From: the human T2T-CHM13v2.0 reference genome, Homo sapiens
Strand: one strand, 5' to 3'
DNA: 64,000 bases
Assembly (NCBI RefSeq): GCF_009914755.1
Contig: NC_060933.1
In this document: in pieces, positions 48,300-61,348 of the stretch
How the letters are laid out: every line of letters begins with the position of its first letter
Position numbering within the stretch: position 1 is the first letter of the stretch
Made by a program: the position numbers and the translations under genes
Notes under the pieces: generated by a model
The model's database searches: none
Seen by the model: the letters and a program-made list of their open reading frames with translations, nothing else
Told to the model about the DNA's origin: nothing

Positions 48300-48780
48300 A
48301 ACCTTTACTAGGTGCCTGGTTATGCCAAGCAATAAGCATTTTACACACAACTGCCCATCCAATCTTAACCCTAGCTCTCCAAAGTAAGAACTATTTTTAT
48401 CTCTATCTTACTGATGAGGAAAGTGATGCTTCATGAGATTAAATAATTCATCCCAGATTGCACAGCTGGAAAGAGGTACAGTAGAAACTCTAACCTTAGT
48501 CCAGCTGCCCCAAAGCGGGTCCTTTTAGCCAGGACATTACACAGAAGCAAAACCATAGAAAGGGACGCCACCAAATCTAGGACACAACCCAGCAATTGTT
48601 TACTGAGGGTCAAGTAATTTTCTGGGTACTAGCAAAGTACCACACAGGGTCTCTAGTCTTCCCAACCATGCTGCAAAGTAGGAATTGCTACTATTGCCCC
48701 CATGGTACAGATGAAGAAAGTAAGGCTTGTGTATTCTCACAATTTACTCAGGTTACAACTGGAAGAGTTGGGAGAGGAAA
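48300..48780 (-). mobile_element. two antisense MIR fragments
   Basis: TTACTGATGAGGAAAGTGA; GTACAGATGAAGAAAGTAAGGC. Confidence 0.6.
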
Positions 48781-50078
48781 TGAAGGCCAACTGCCCCTTG
48801 AGGCTGCCTCTTAATCTCTGTTCTGCTGGGAGGAAGATCAGCCCTTCAAAGGGGCTTGTAAAGTAGATGCCCATGACGGGATTGCTGGACCCATCATCTT
48901 TAGACACTGGCTGTGGTCCAGTTGTAAGCATGATCTTCACAACTCATCCAGAGTAAATGAGGTTATGCTTTAGATATCTCACAAAGGCCTATGCTTGCCT
49001 AAAAACTCTAGGACATGATCCTTTAGCCTAGAGAATAGTTAAATAATAGCCCAGAAGAAGCTGAGGGCAAAGCACTCCGTGTTCTGAGAGGCTGGGTGTT
49101 AATAAGCCATCTTATTAATTGGCCTTCCTAGTGGGAGTGTTTGTCCTGATGGGTCAAAGCTTGAAACAGACACAGCACCCAAAGCCTGGAGACAACATTT
49201 GTCTTGCATCCCCCATCTCTGATTAAGCAGCTGGGGGCATGGGCCAAATTGCATGATGGATTCCTCACACATCATACCATAAATTTACCCCTGAGGGCCG
49301 GGTGCTGTGGGTCCCACCTGTGTCAGCATGCTAACACGTAGCCTCAGAACCATAACATAGTGTTCTTGGGGGAGGCTGAAATTAATGAAACTCCAGCTGA
49401 CATTTTGAGCACGCACACACATATCTCAAGATTATCCCACAAGTATATTTCTGGTGGAGAGAGTAGTTTTTCCATATTAAAAGATGGCATTAACCTTCAA
49501 TAGTCCATCACTTGCTTTAATCCTTTCCACCTGTAAATATTTCAGATAAAAATATCACATCGGCTGTGCCTGCATCTTACAAATGTGGCTTAGATCCGGG
49601 ATTAGAGGGAGATGACAGGTTGAACTTTTTCACTTTCAAATATCCATCAAATTAGAGTCAATGGGTGGTAGTGGAGGAAGCATGGAATTTGGAGTCTGAA
49701 AGGCCTGGGTTCGAATCCCTGCTTCTTCACTGCTAGCCCAAGGAGTTTGGAAAAGTTGCTTGCCATTTACCACCGTCAGTCGTAGAGTTTCTGCCCTGCC
49801 AAAGAGGGCTTTGTACAGTTTGTCTGTTCAGAGGAGGTGCCTTTTCTAAAGTCATCGGCCTGAGGATGTAGCTTTTAATTTCAGTCACCATAAGCAAGAA
49901 TTGCAGCCCTCTTCCTGACTTCTTCAAGTCTCATCAACCACATCTATAAAATCACGATCATTCCTTATTTTCCAAGCCTTGAGCTTGAGAGGTGCTGTGT
50001 GCATAATCCAAGCACCCACACTCCTATCATGGAAGGCAGGCCCAGTGCAGTCCTGGGTAACTGCTCAACGGTCTGAAA

Positions 50079-50396
50079 CTAGGGTTGCAAAATGGCAGCC
50101 TGTGGGTGAGTGCCATTCCAGCTAGGTGTCTTATTTGACTTGCACAAAAATCAGAACATTTTCCCATAAAAACCTGTATTTCCGGTTCCTCTAGATGAAG
50201 CCGAATATCTGGGCACACAGGACAGTATTTCCACAGATCAACAGACAGCAGGACCTGCAAGGACGAGGAGCTGCTTCCTCTAGACAGGCAAGCTCACTCC
50301 AGGCCACAGACCCCAGCTCTCAGCCAGTGTGTGCCCCTACACCCACCAACTCACTCACATCCACTTCTGGCTTCTGTGGCCCCTGCAGTTTGAGAT
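50079..50396 (+). mobile_element. MER102 (hAT-Charlie)
   Basis: GGGTTGCAAAATGGCAGCCTGTGGG..CATAAAAACCTGTATTTCCGGTTCCTCT..ATATCTGG. Confidence 0.75.
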
Positions 50397-50404
50397 GTCC
50401 AGAC

Positions 50405-50545
50405 CCTTGCTTCTCAAAGCGTGGTTTCTGCCCCAGCAGCACCTGGGAGTGTGTTCAAAATGCAGAATCTGGTCCCGGCCCAGGATCTACATTTTAGCAA
50501 GATCCTGAAGTGATGAGTGTGTGCATGAACCTTTGAGAAACTCTG
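50405..50545 (+). mobile_element. MER5A (hAT-Charlie), internally deleted
   Basis: TTCTCAAAGCGTGG..CACCTGGGAG..AAATGCAGAATCT..TTTGAGAAACTCTG. Confidence 0.8.
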
Positions 50546-50553
50546 ATCTAGAA

Positions 50554-50756
50554 TGGGGGCAGTGATCTGTGGCGAAATCCAGCCAGCTACTTGCTTTAGT
50601 AAATTAAGTTTTCTTGGAACACAGCCATGCCCATTTGTTTATGAGTGGTATATGGCTGCTTTCACTTACAATGGCAGAGTTGAGTAGTTGCAACAGGCCT
50701 CAAAGACTAAAATATTTACTCTCTGGCTCTTTACAGAAAAAGTTTGCTGACCTCTG
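50554..50756 (+). mobile_element. MER58A (hAT-Charlie)
   Basis: TTGGAACACAGCCATGCCCATTTGTTTA..GCAGAGTTGAGTAGTTGCAACAG..TTTACAGAAAAAGTTTGCTGACCTCTG; TSD ATCTAGAA/GTCTAGAA. Confidence 0.9.
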
Positions 50757-52823
50757 GTCTAGAAGAATGCTCTAAAAAATAGATTTTATAGTCAGTTTAA
50801 TTGGACATTCCAAGTACTACAGATACCACAAAGAATAAACATTCAGGAGAGTTCCAGCAGTCTAACCTGCTAACTTTCCCATCCCCAATTTCTTCTTTAT
50901 TTGGGGTTTTTAGCTGTCAGACCTTAGAGAGCCCACAAAGCCATGGAGGTTAGCCAAAAAGGTCTTCCACCCCGGACATCCCATCTCCTCTTCGCCTCTC
51001 TCTCTCAGCCTTCCAGCCTTTTCCTCTTTTTCGTCTTTTCTTCAGGGTTCTTCCTCTTCTCTTGGTCTAGTGTCCTTCTGGATGAGTTGGGAAAGTAGAA
51101 CACTGGGCAGGAGGTGGAAGACGGGAGGGTACTCTCTCAATGTGGTTTCTGCAATACAAGCAGGCCTTCCACCCTGCCCAGATCCACAACGCTTCTACGC
51201 CAGCATTTTGCGTTAAGAAAAAGTCTCCTCTGGTATCCCTGCCTTGTGTCTACAGACCTCAAGAGGCAAAAAGGGAAAAGGAGAATAGAACTGTCCTAAA
51301 ACGTACATCAAGCACCTGGCCCATAGAAGGCGCTCAGCAGGTGATAGTAGGTCTTCCGCACCTAAGGTATCTCACGCTTCTTGACTTACCCTGAGGTAGA
51401 AAACCCTGTGAAATACCGCAACACGAAATCATTTTTGAGCCCAAAACCTGTCTAGAATCATACTGAGCTTCCATATGTGGTATGATGAGTTTTTAACTGA
51501 CCAGTCAACAACAACTGTTCATCTTCAAAGTGGAATGCAGCATTTCAGAAGGCGTGCCAGCCAGCAAAGTGTTCACCACACGGGGCATCCCACAAACATC
51601 CACAGTGACTGGGAATTTCAGGTGGGCCTTAGGACTCACTGAGTCTCTGGAGGCGCAGTCCCACACCTGTCCCTGACAGATGAGGAGGCTGGGGCCACAG
51701 GGGCACGTGGCGGCAGGCAGTTTTTCACCCAGTCCTGCCTTGCCACCCTATTGCCTGCTGCGAACTCTTGGCCCGCTCAAATGTGATTCCATTAGGGGAG
51801 GATTTCCAGACACCGGCATGTAAGTCCGTGGTATTTTTGAGCCTGTTCTGGAGCTCATACCCAGTTCTGTTGGGAAATGATCCTTAAAGTAGACCTGATT
51901 CCCTCTTGCCACACTCTCTGCTTTCCGTTTGTTTCACCTTTTCCAGAGAAGCACCAGTTGCCGTTTTCTCCTTAATAACCTTTTCATCTCAGAGAATGGC
52001 TCCCCATCCCCTCAGTCATCTCCTGTCCAAGTTAATAATTGTAGTTCTTTTCATGTTTCTCCATTAGTCCTGTTTCTCAACTCTTAAAATCACTACCTTC
52101 AAACCATTTCCAAATTCCCTGCATCCCTATGAACCTGCTTTATATCTTAAAAAGTATATAGAAATGTACTGAGTAAACATATGGACAGGGCGGCTGTGTA
52201 GGTACTAATACACTCCATCTCGTCATGGACTTCGCCAAGATTTCTTCTGAAGGAAATGTTCAAAAATGGAGAGTAGTGAAAATAGAGAAAATGCTACTTG
52301 CATTTTCTCAATTATTTGCTATTTTGGAGTCAGGGGATGAGGGAGACCTACTAATAAATCATAATGGTAAAATTAATAATAATAGTATTTGATATGTATG
52401 ATGTTCAGGGCTCCAGCTAAGATTTACCCATATTATTCTCACTCAATCCTCCTTATAAGCCTGCGAGAAAGTACCATTATCATGCCCATTTTGCAAATAA
52501 AGGAATTGAAGATTAAGTAACATATTGAAAGTTTTCCTCTGGTAACATATGCTGATCTCCCAAAAATATTTCCATCTTACTCCCAAGGATATAGAATTTT
52601 CCACAGAAGCAAGAGAGAATTTGAGAAGCCTATTCAGGGAAGATTTATTCGCACTGGCCCCCTAGCACCCAGCAACGTGCCTGGCACACAGTAGGTGCTC
52701 AGCAAATGTTTGGAATAAATGGATAAACCTTACTGCCCACTTTGAACGTGATGTCAGGGATCAATGGACAACTTGAGCTGAGATCCAGGTGATAGCACTT
52801 AATTCAGAAGACCATCACATGAC

Positions 52824-53188
52824 TGATATTGTTTGGCTGTGTCCTCACCCAAATCTCATCTTGAATTGTAGCTCCCATAATCCCCACGTGTCATGGGTGG
52901 AACACAGTGGGAGGTAACTGAATCATGGGGGCAGGTTTTTCCCATGCTGTTCTAGTGATAGGGAATAAGTCTCACGAGATCTGACGGTTTTATAAAGGGC
53001 AGTTTCCCTGCACAGATTCTCTTGCCTGCTACCATGTAAGACCTGCCTTTGCACTTCATTCGCCTTCTGCCACAATTGTGAGTTCTCCCCAGCCATGTGG
53101 AACTGTGAGTCCATTAAGCCTCCTTTCCTTTATAAATCACTCAGTCTCAGGTATGTCTTTATAGCAGCATGAGAACAGACTAATTATG
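52824..53188 (+). mobile_element. THE1B-like MaLR solo LTR
   Basis: TGATATTGTTTGGCTGTGTC..CCCAAATCTCATCTTGAATTGTAGCTCCC..GAGAACAGACTAAT; TSD ATGAC at 52819-52823 and 53189-53193. Confidence 0.92.
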
Positions 53189-53199
53189 ATGACTTAGGA

Positions 53200-53365
53200 A
53201 GGCATTTTCCATTCTGGCTGGCCCATAGAACCACCCAGAGAGCTCTGGAAGGGTACAGCTTCTCTGGGCCCATCCCAGACATCCTAAATTGGAATCTTCC
53301 AGGGGCAGCCTGGGAATCTGTACTTGTTACCAAACCTCTCCAGGTGACTGTGATGCACAACTGCA
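53200..53365 (+). mobile_element. MER5A/B fragment
   Basis: CTGGGCCCATCCCAGAC..GCCTGGGAATCTGTAC..CTCCAGGTGACTGTGATGCACA. Confidence 0.65.
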
Positions 53366-53369
53366 TTCA

Positions 53370-53858
53370 TTGTCACCTTCCCCCACCTGCTTTGTGCCCA
53401 AGGAATGGGAACCTTATAGACCACACTCAGATGTGCTCCACTGCTCTCTGGCTTCTGATTAGGTTCAGCCACAATGAGGCACTAGCAGATCAGAAGCTGG
53501 AAGAAGAGTGGAGTGGGGTGTTCATGCCCCAACTTCCTCCGAGCAAGGCTCTTCTCCAAGAAGGTGACCATGGCTGGTTCTTCTCCCAGAAGGTGACCAT
53601 GGCTGGTTCTTCTCCCAGAGCTCCTCGGGTGGCCCTCCCTCAGCCACCGCTGCCTCTCCAGGTTCACTCACTACTCCTCCCCTCATCCCATCAGCCCTCC
53701 TGGTGCTTGGCTGTGCTCAGCCTGGGTGCTTCTCCAGCACCTTTTAGACTTCCCTTACCACTGCCCACAACTCTGAAAACAGTCCCTTCACTAATCTCCT
53801 TTCAATCCCCCCTGTTGTAATGTGCTGTATGCTTCCCACTGAGACCCTGACTGAATAT
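53370..53858 (+). mobile_element. LTR33-like ERVL LTR
   Basis: CTCTGGCTTCTGATTAGGTTCAGCCA..GCCCACA..CAGTCCCTTCACTAA..GACCCTGACTGA. Confidence 0.7.
53559..53616 (+). repeat. perfect 29-bp tandem duplication
   Basis: AGAAGGTGACCATGGCTGGTTCTTCTCCC twice. Confidence 0.97.
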
Positions 53859-55554
53859 CTAGGAAATTATCCTGAAACTGGGTTTTTACAAATCCATGGG
53901 ATAGGGTATAAAGGGGGCCACCATGGACACCTTTCTAGGGAGTTTGCTCCTGGGACCACCCTAAGCCCTCTATCACTCTGTCCTACTGCTGGGACCCAGA
54001 GGCTAACAGCAGACAAGGTCTTCCCTGGCCCTGACTGGCAGGGGCAGCCCAGGTGTTATTTGTCATATTTTGTTCAAAGGAAGAAGGGAGATCCAAATAA
54101 TATCTTTTGGAGTTACTGAGCTGTGCCATCAGAAGCTTGACTTTAAAGACCATATTAAAAAGAAAACCATTTTCTTTTGAGGTTTCCATGTACAAATTAT
54201 TGAAAAGCCAATCTGTTTGAGGTGGCTCCCTTCACTCACACCCTCCATCTTAGAAGGCTGGGACGGTGGGTGAAAGAAATATATGAGCCTTATGGGAATG
54301 AGGTTGGGGAGGGAGGCCAGAATTCCCTCCAGAAGGTAAAACTCAGGCTTCCATCACTTGCCCCAAAACCTCAGAGTGAAAACTACTCACAGCCCCAGGC
54401 TTTGCCTGTTTTCTGCCCAAGCCCAGTAAATCAGCCCATTCACATACCACCCAGACCAGCCTCCGCTGAAACAGACTCAGCCCCTGAAGAAACCCAAGCT
54501 AAGAAAGCTCTCTGCAAACCCAGGCTAGTGCTTGCGAACCTTGGCCAACCTTTCCCAAGTCCTTGGCCCAGCATGCGGGTCTGTGCCTGGTTTAGGGTTT
54601 CATAGTGGCAGTTTCAAAGCCGTCTCATTATTACTGATGACCGGGGCTTGCTGAGCGCAATTGTGTTTTATAGCCCACTGAGCAGAGGGACCGAGGAGCT
54701 GTGGAGGACTTGCTGCCTCTGAACTTGTACAAAGAACTGATTTCAAAGGTGGGTGGAGGCCACATGCTTAGCTGAAGCTGTTCTAAGTGAATTTTGCAAA
54801 AGCGGACAACCAGCATCCATGTACCCATGCAGCAGCCTAAAGATGGGGCAGGCACTTCCAGGTGTGGCACCCCCTCATCTGCAGCCTTCCTCGCTGCCTA
54901 AAAAAACTCAAGGAAGTTGTGTGTAACTGACAGAGATTTGGGGCATGTTTTAGTCATGCAGCACATTATCCGATGCCCTTAAGATAACTCCTTTTTCAAA
55001 TTGGATGTATTTTTCAACTTATTGCCTGGGCCATTTTGGTCGGACTGAAACCTGAGCTTCCATTCTTTACCAAGCCCAATTTCTTTATTATCACCATTCA
55101 TACCTCATTTTCTGGGGTTACCAAAGTTCTGAGAAAAATTAGAATTGGAGTTTGGGGAGCAGAAGGAATAATATTTATCAAGGTGCCAGAAAGATTTCAT
55201 CCTTGGACACATTTAACCTTCATTGCAACATAGGAGGTAGTGGCTATGATTACTTTGATTCTATGGCTAAGAAGACTGCTCAGATTTCTATGCAAAGTCC
55301 TATAGGTAGAAAAGAGAGGCCAGGTTTGTCTGACCCAGAGTCAGGGTAAACCACATGCACTGCCCTGTTGTGTAGGGTGCAGACAGGGAGATTTATCTGT
55401 AGCCCACACTTAATTTTATACTCTACTTTTTATTTACAAAATATGAGAAATGACAAAAGAGAAAATAAAATTTATAGACAATCTCATCAGCTTTTAACAT
55501 ACAAATAAATTAGGAAGTGGAAGTCATTCTGCTCCTGAAATCCCAAACCCTCAT

Positions 55555-56130
55555 TAGTATGACAGTTGGGAGGCCTCCGGCAAATGGAAGAGAACACACG
55601 GAGCTTCTGTTGATATAGGCAATAGGACATTGATTATTTTACATAATGGGAAGTCCCAAAGCAGCATGGTTCCAGTGTTGGTTAACTCAGTAACTCACAT
55701 CAATGAGAACACAGGTTTCTTTTATCTTTCCTCTCTGTTATTCTCAATGTATGGACTTGGTCCCTGGGTTAGCTCTCCTCATGGTTCCCAAATGGTCATA
55801 GTGATTCCAAGTGTCACATTCAAACAAGACAACTTCAGCAGAAGGCATGACTCCATTTTTTTAAGACAGGGAAACCTTTCCCAGAAGCCCCACAGTAGAA
55901 CCCCATCGCCTTTCATTGGCCAAGACCAAGTCACATGCCCGTTCCTAACCAATCATCAGGAAGGAAATGGGACCACTAGAATTGGTGTAGACTCATCAGG
56001 ATTCACCCCAGAGCTGGGAATACTATCTCTTTCCTTGTGGGGTGGATACCTGGGTAAAGTTAGGGTTCTGTCAGGAAGTAAGAATGAGGCAGTGGACCCT
56101 AGGTAGGCAGTCAATAATAATTGCCAAACA
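55555..56130 (-). mobile_element. MLT1K-like LTR
   Basis: CTTTCCCAGAAGCCCC..TCATTGGCCAAGAC..GTCACATGCCC..AACCAATCA..GGGTTCTGT. Confidence 0.75.
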
Positions 56131-56169
56131 CACGCACATTTACACATACAACCACAGATTACACCTCTT

Positions 56170-56740
56170 ATTAATTTGTTCATTATTCCTCAAAATTTTC
56201 ACCATGCAAAAAACGTGTGTTGTGGCTTACTTATTAAGAGTGGACTATTGTATTTTTCACTAAATGAGGTTTTTTTCATGGTGGAACACACAGGTTTTAT
56301 TTTTCCTCCATGGGAAAATAGCTGTAATTGAAGAGGTAACCCATCTTTAGTAACCATTCCCCTATTAATGGATATTCATGTCATTTTTAGCTTCATGGTA
56401 CTATAGATAGAACTTTAATTAAACACCCTTGCATGTGCATTTTGACCATTGCATCTCATTATTTCTATAGGACAGCTACCTCGGGTACTTTTTCAAAAAA
56501 TTTTAATAATTTGTACCAATTTACACTTGTATCAGTATTGTTCTAGAGTACCTTTGCCAGCAATTAAAATGATCATTTTAATTGTATCAATACACCAGAT
56601 TTTAAAAACTGGTTTTTTATAAAAAATATTTCTGGAGTAAAGTATATGGCTTTTCAATGTTTACAGGGCATTTGTATTTCATCTGTGAATTGCCTTTTTA
56701 CTCCTTGCCCACGTTTTCCCATTAGACCATTTCTTCTGCA
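56170..56740 (-). mobile_element. old L1M(E) ORF2/3' fragment
   Basis: Minus translation near GKTWA..KRQFTDEIQM..KH resembles L1 ORF2 [24 protein letters not shown]. Confidence 0.65.
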
Positions 56741-57320
56741 CCCCAGGTCCACTGTTGGGCAAAGATCTGGTTCCATTGTTGCTGCACCACCATCACAGTT
56801 CACTGTGGTTGGAGTTGTCCCAGGCAAGCTCCGCTCCCAATGAACACTGTAATTCCTTCTACTCCAAAGGAAAGGCATTTTTACCTTGAGCAGAAGCCTT
56901 GGGTTTAAAGTATGGACCAACCAGAGCCAACTTTATTCTGCCAGTTTCATGGCTGTGAAGTGTGAAATGTCCATGTTTCCTCCCATGCTGTTCTTAGGAA
57001 CTGGTTATGCAACTTTTTGGGTAGTCACAGCTTCTTTAACGGAATCTAATACAGATCCTCCAGTTGGCGATATAGAACAAATCTTCACAGTGAACCCCAG
57101 AACTGTGGTGATGGTGGACACCTCCACAAGGAAGCAACAGGGACAAGGGAGACCTCCCATCACTCCTCCCTATATGAGATTGTCCCTTCCTTGAAAAGTC
57201 AGACAGGTCTTGATCATGGTGGGGCAGCCAGCAGGTTTCCTCGTACCAGCCTTTGTGGAGCTTGATGCCTCCGTCAGCATCAGATCTGAAGGTGAAACTG
57301 AGCTTGAAGCTGGAGCTCAT
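56741..57320 (-). pseudogene. candidate decayed coding sequence of unknown origin
   Basis: ATG ORF 57320-57036 with 29 of the first 41 codons ending in G/C (21 in C); in-register plus-strand shadow ORFs 56646-56843 and 56886-57194; frame continues through a few stops to the L1 fragment. Confidence 0.3.
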
Positions 57321-57399
57321 GCCTCCTGGCTTTACCCTATCCTAACTGCGTTTGCCCCTTTCCATCATCATTGAAACCTGGAGAGTTTAGAGAAGGGAC

Positions 57400-57600
57400 T
57401 CTAGAGTCACATGCCATTCAGCTATGTGACTTAGGGCAAATTAACTCTCTTTCCTCAGTTTCCTTATCTGAAAAATAGGGATAATAATAACAAAACCTAC
57501 CTCACAGGTTTGTGAGTTATTAGACATAAAGCACTCAGGACATAAGCCTCGCATATGGTAAGCCCTCTGTAAGTGTTTGATGTTGTAATTTATTATTATT
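57400..57600 (+). mobile_element. MIR
   Basis: GCTATGTGACTTAGGGCAAA..CCTCAGTTTCCTTATCTGAAAAATAGGGATAATAATA. Confidence 0.85.
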
Positions 57601-59494
57601 CATCAACACACCTTGTTGAGCATCCTAAGTATAGGCACTGGGAAGATCAAGATGAATTAGCGACTATGCTCGCCCTTAAGCAGTGCACAGTCTAAGAGGG
57701 AAGGCAGAGAAGTGAAGACATAAGTACAGTGAAGGGCTGCAAGTGTTGTGAAAGCTCTCTGCAGAGTACCTGGGGGACAAGAGAGGGGTGGCATTTTACA
57801 TACCTCCCTTAACTGTTTTGCCCCCTGCTAGCCCAGAGTCAGCATTCTACTAAACTGAAAATTCCTTAGGAGCTGAGTCTGAAGAAGAGCTTCCTCCATA
57901 GCAGAGTTTGAGCTGACTTAAGGTGTCCCAGGCAAGCAAGGGGGATCAGAGTGAGGAACAACCATATGGCATGAAACAACCTAGAACAGTCTGAGGACAA
58001 CAAGTTCAGTGTAGCTGATCCCTAGGGAGGGGCCCCAGAGGAAGCTGAATGGGGAAGTGGGAGGGATGAGTAACAAAACTGGAAGTATGAAAAGCAGTTA
58101 GAGAACTTTGTGGCGATCCAGGGGAGAGCTACTGAGGACCAGGACGGAAGCAGAGCCAGCGAAGAAGGCTAGGGGAGCTGGATAGGTGCATCATTAAGAA
58201 GGTAACCCTGACAGTATGTCAGGTGCAAGCTGACCCAGGCCTGCCTTCAGATCCTAGAGTCCCAGGAGACACGCAGATTAAACCCACTGGGACCCTCATC
58301 TATATGGAAGAAAAGGTTTTGCTCAAGAAAAGCAACACTGTCTTCCCTACTGGTAAGTTTGCAGGATGCTTTGTTCTTTTATCAGACGTTTTCTTCAAGA
58401 AAAAAGAAGTCATTTTATTTTGTGTATGGAAACGGGATGAGTGTTCACAGTCAGGACTACCGAGATGTTCTCCAGCCCCAAGGCTGCCTCTCACAGTCAG
58501 ATGCCACTCTCCCCCTACTGGAGGTGTAAACAAAAAACTTATGGCTACAGGCAAAGCAGTGTAGCCCACAAAGTCGGACGTGACTCCACACTCTCAGAAC
58601 TCATGCTTTTCTAAACTTCCCCTCTGTGTGAGAAGCATCTCAGGGTTTCAAAACAAACCCATGCTTCCCCAGCATTGCTTCTGGTGCACTGCAGAAGGCA
58701 GAGGAGACATACGTGGTGGCCTGTTTGAGCACTCCCACCTGTGAGTCCTCCACCCCATCCAATAGCAGTGACACCAGGAAGCACAGAGCAGAAAGCCTGC
58801 ATGAGGAGCTCACTTTGGCTCCACCACGATCAGAAGCATCTCGTTCTAAGAGCCTGCAAACATCTCTTTCTGTTTCAAATGTCAAAATTCCCTTCCTTGA
58901 AAAATGAAAAACAAGTCCAAATGTATCTCAGTGTATCATCTATCTTTACAAATGAACAAAGAAGGGAGAGTATTGGATATTAGCAAGTTTATTTTTCCCA
59001 TTTTCATTTGGTTATGAATTTTTAATTCATCAAGCATTTCACCATGGTAACAATTTTAAATAAACCATTAAATTGTCCTGGGCACCGCCATCATTGGAAT
59101 ATTTTTAAGGCAAATATATTATTGACAGCACTTTTATCATATGTTCCATCCATTCAATTGCCTTCCTAACTGAAATGTCTTTCAACAAGTACGTGTTGTC
59201 AAGGTTGCCTGTCTTCTGTCCTGTTCCTATATGTTTAATGGTAAAATACACTGGCATTTGTCAAAAGAAACAGTAATGAGGCTGTCCAACAGCCAGGCTT
59301 AGCCTGCTTTATGCAATACATATGCTCCCACAAAGTTGCGGCAACATTTTTGGTGAGTTGTTTCATATTCTGTGTCCTTTTAGGAAATAAAAATCAGTAC
59401 TAACCTCTTTTTTATATATAAATTGAGATTCTGTATGCCAAGTTTCTTTAAATTCAAGTTTACCTGTAAGAACCATTTTTTAAATTAGGTAAAC

Positions 59495-61130
59495 ATTTAT
59501 GTATTAGTTTATTCAAACATACATTTATTGAGTACCCACTGTGTGCCAGACAGCGCTCTGAGAAGCTGAGAGCTACAGTAAATGAGCCAAAGTCCCTGCC
59601 TTCATGGTGACTGTAGTACAGTGGGACAGTCAGACTAAACAAGTAAATAACTGCATAATATATTTTCAGATAGCAAAAGAATGCTATAAAGAAAAATAAT
59701 GCAGGCAAAGGGATGGAAAATTGTCGAGGGAGGTATTTTAGATGGTGTATTCATTTTCTATTGTTGCCTAACAAATGACCACAAACTTAGTGGCTGACAA
59801 GGAGATACATTTGTTATCTCACTCCATGGGTCAGGAATCAAGGCTTAGGTTCCTTGGGTTCCCTGGTTAGGTCTCCCAGGGTTGTAATCACAGGATCAGT
59901 CAGAGCTGGGGTCTCATCCAAGGCTTGGGGTTCTCTTCCAAACTCATGGGCTTGTTGGAAGAACTTATTTCCTTGCAGCTGGAGGACTCATGGAGGCTGT
60001 GCCGCCAAGGGCAGGAGGAGAATGTCTCTTACTGCTTCTTTCTCATCCAAGGGCTCACCTGATCGGGTCAGGCCCACTCAGGATAGTCTTTCTTTTCAAC
60101 GACATAAAGTCAAGTGAATAGTAACCTCATGACAGGGGTTATATCCCCTTGAATCATCGTTTCCACTTGCACGAGGACATTACACCAGTGGGCAGGTATC
60201 ATAAAGGCCATCTAAGAATATTGCCCACCACAGCCAGGGTAGTCAGGGACAGCTTCTTTATGGAGATGACATTTGAACAAAGATCTGAAAAAAGGCAGAG
60301 ACTGAGCTACCTAAAACTTTGGCACAAAAGCATACTGGCTTGTGCAAAGGCCCTGTGGCAGAAATTGTGCATTCAAGAAATGCAAGGAGACCAATGGAGT
60401 TGGAGGCTAATGAATGTTGGGAGACAGCATGGAGTGAGGTCAGAGAGGAAAGCAGGCCACAGAACCTTACAGGTCGTGGTGATGCATATGGAAGGCTCTT
60501 GCTGCGGGGTGGAAGAATGTGGTTTATATTTCAAAAGCCCTCTCTGACTTCTTTGTGAAGAAGGAATTGCAGGGGAAATGTAGAATGAAAGCAAAGAGAC
60601 TATTAACAAGACAGTTGCTAAAGTCCAGGCATAAAGTAAAGGTAGTTTGAACTATATGGTAGCTATTGAGTCGGATAAAACAAATTCAAGGCAGATTTTG
60701 GAGGGTAGGGTCAATTAGACATACATGAAATGTAATGATTTAGGAGCATAGGCCCTGGGTACAAACTTCCTAAGTTCAAATCTTTCATCTACCACATGCT
60801 AGCCATACGAGCTTGAACAAGTTATTAAACTTCCCTGAACCTTAATGTCCTCATCTGAAAAATAGGACTTAGTGCCTATCTCACAGGGTGTTGTGAGCAT
60901 TCAATGAGATAATAAAGGCAAAGCACTTAACACAGTACTTGGGCACATAATAACCGATATTTATGTAAATGGTATTTATGTATACATAAATGGCTATTGT
61001 TATTTTATCTATTGATGATGGATTGAACATGTGATATTTTCTCATATCAAGAAATCGAGAATGTTCTCAAGGGCTTTGGCCCATGTAACTGGGAGCATAG
61101 TGGAACGAAGAAGACTGAAGAATGCTTTGG
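59495..61130 (-). mobile_element. L2 LINE interrupted by MLT1E and a MIR (60735-60960)
   Basis: CATTTATTGAGTACCCACTGTGTGCCAGAC..CCCTGCCTTCATGG; resumes GGTAGTCAGGGA..GATGACATTTGAAC..GCAAAGGCCCTGTGGCAG. Confidence 0.85.
59746..60231 (-). mobile_element. MLT1E-like LTR
   Basis: TGTATTCATTTTCTATTG..ACCACAAACTTAGTGGCT..GGGTCAGGAAT..GGTCAGGCCCACTCAGGATA..TGCCCACCACA. Confidence 0.82.
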
Positions 61131-61348
61131 TATCAGCTTTTCTAATAGTCCAACATCAGAATAGACAATGCATGCATGGGATGCTAGGAGAAAGGTGGGC
61201 TTTACAGATTAGGATCTGAAACCCAGCTAATTAACTAGACACCTATGAACATGTTTCCTCATCTGAAAAAATAAATGGATTTGCAGGATAGAATGAGGTA
61301 AAGCCCATGGGAGCCCCCAGCACACAGTAGGGCCTCAGAAAATGTGTG

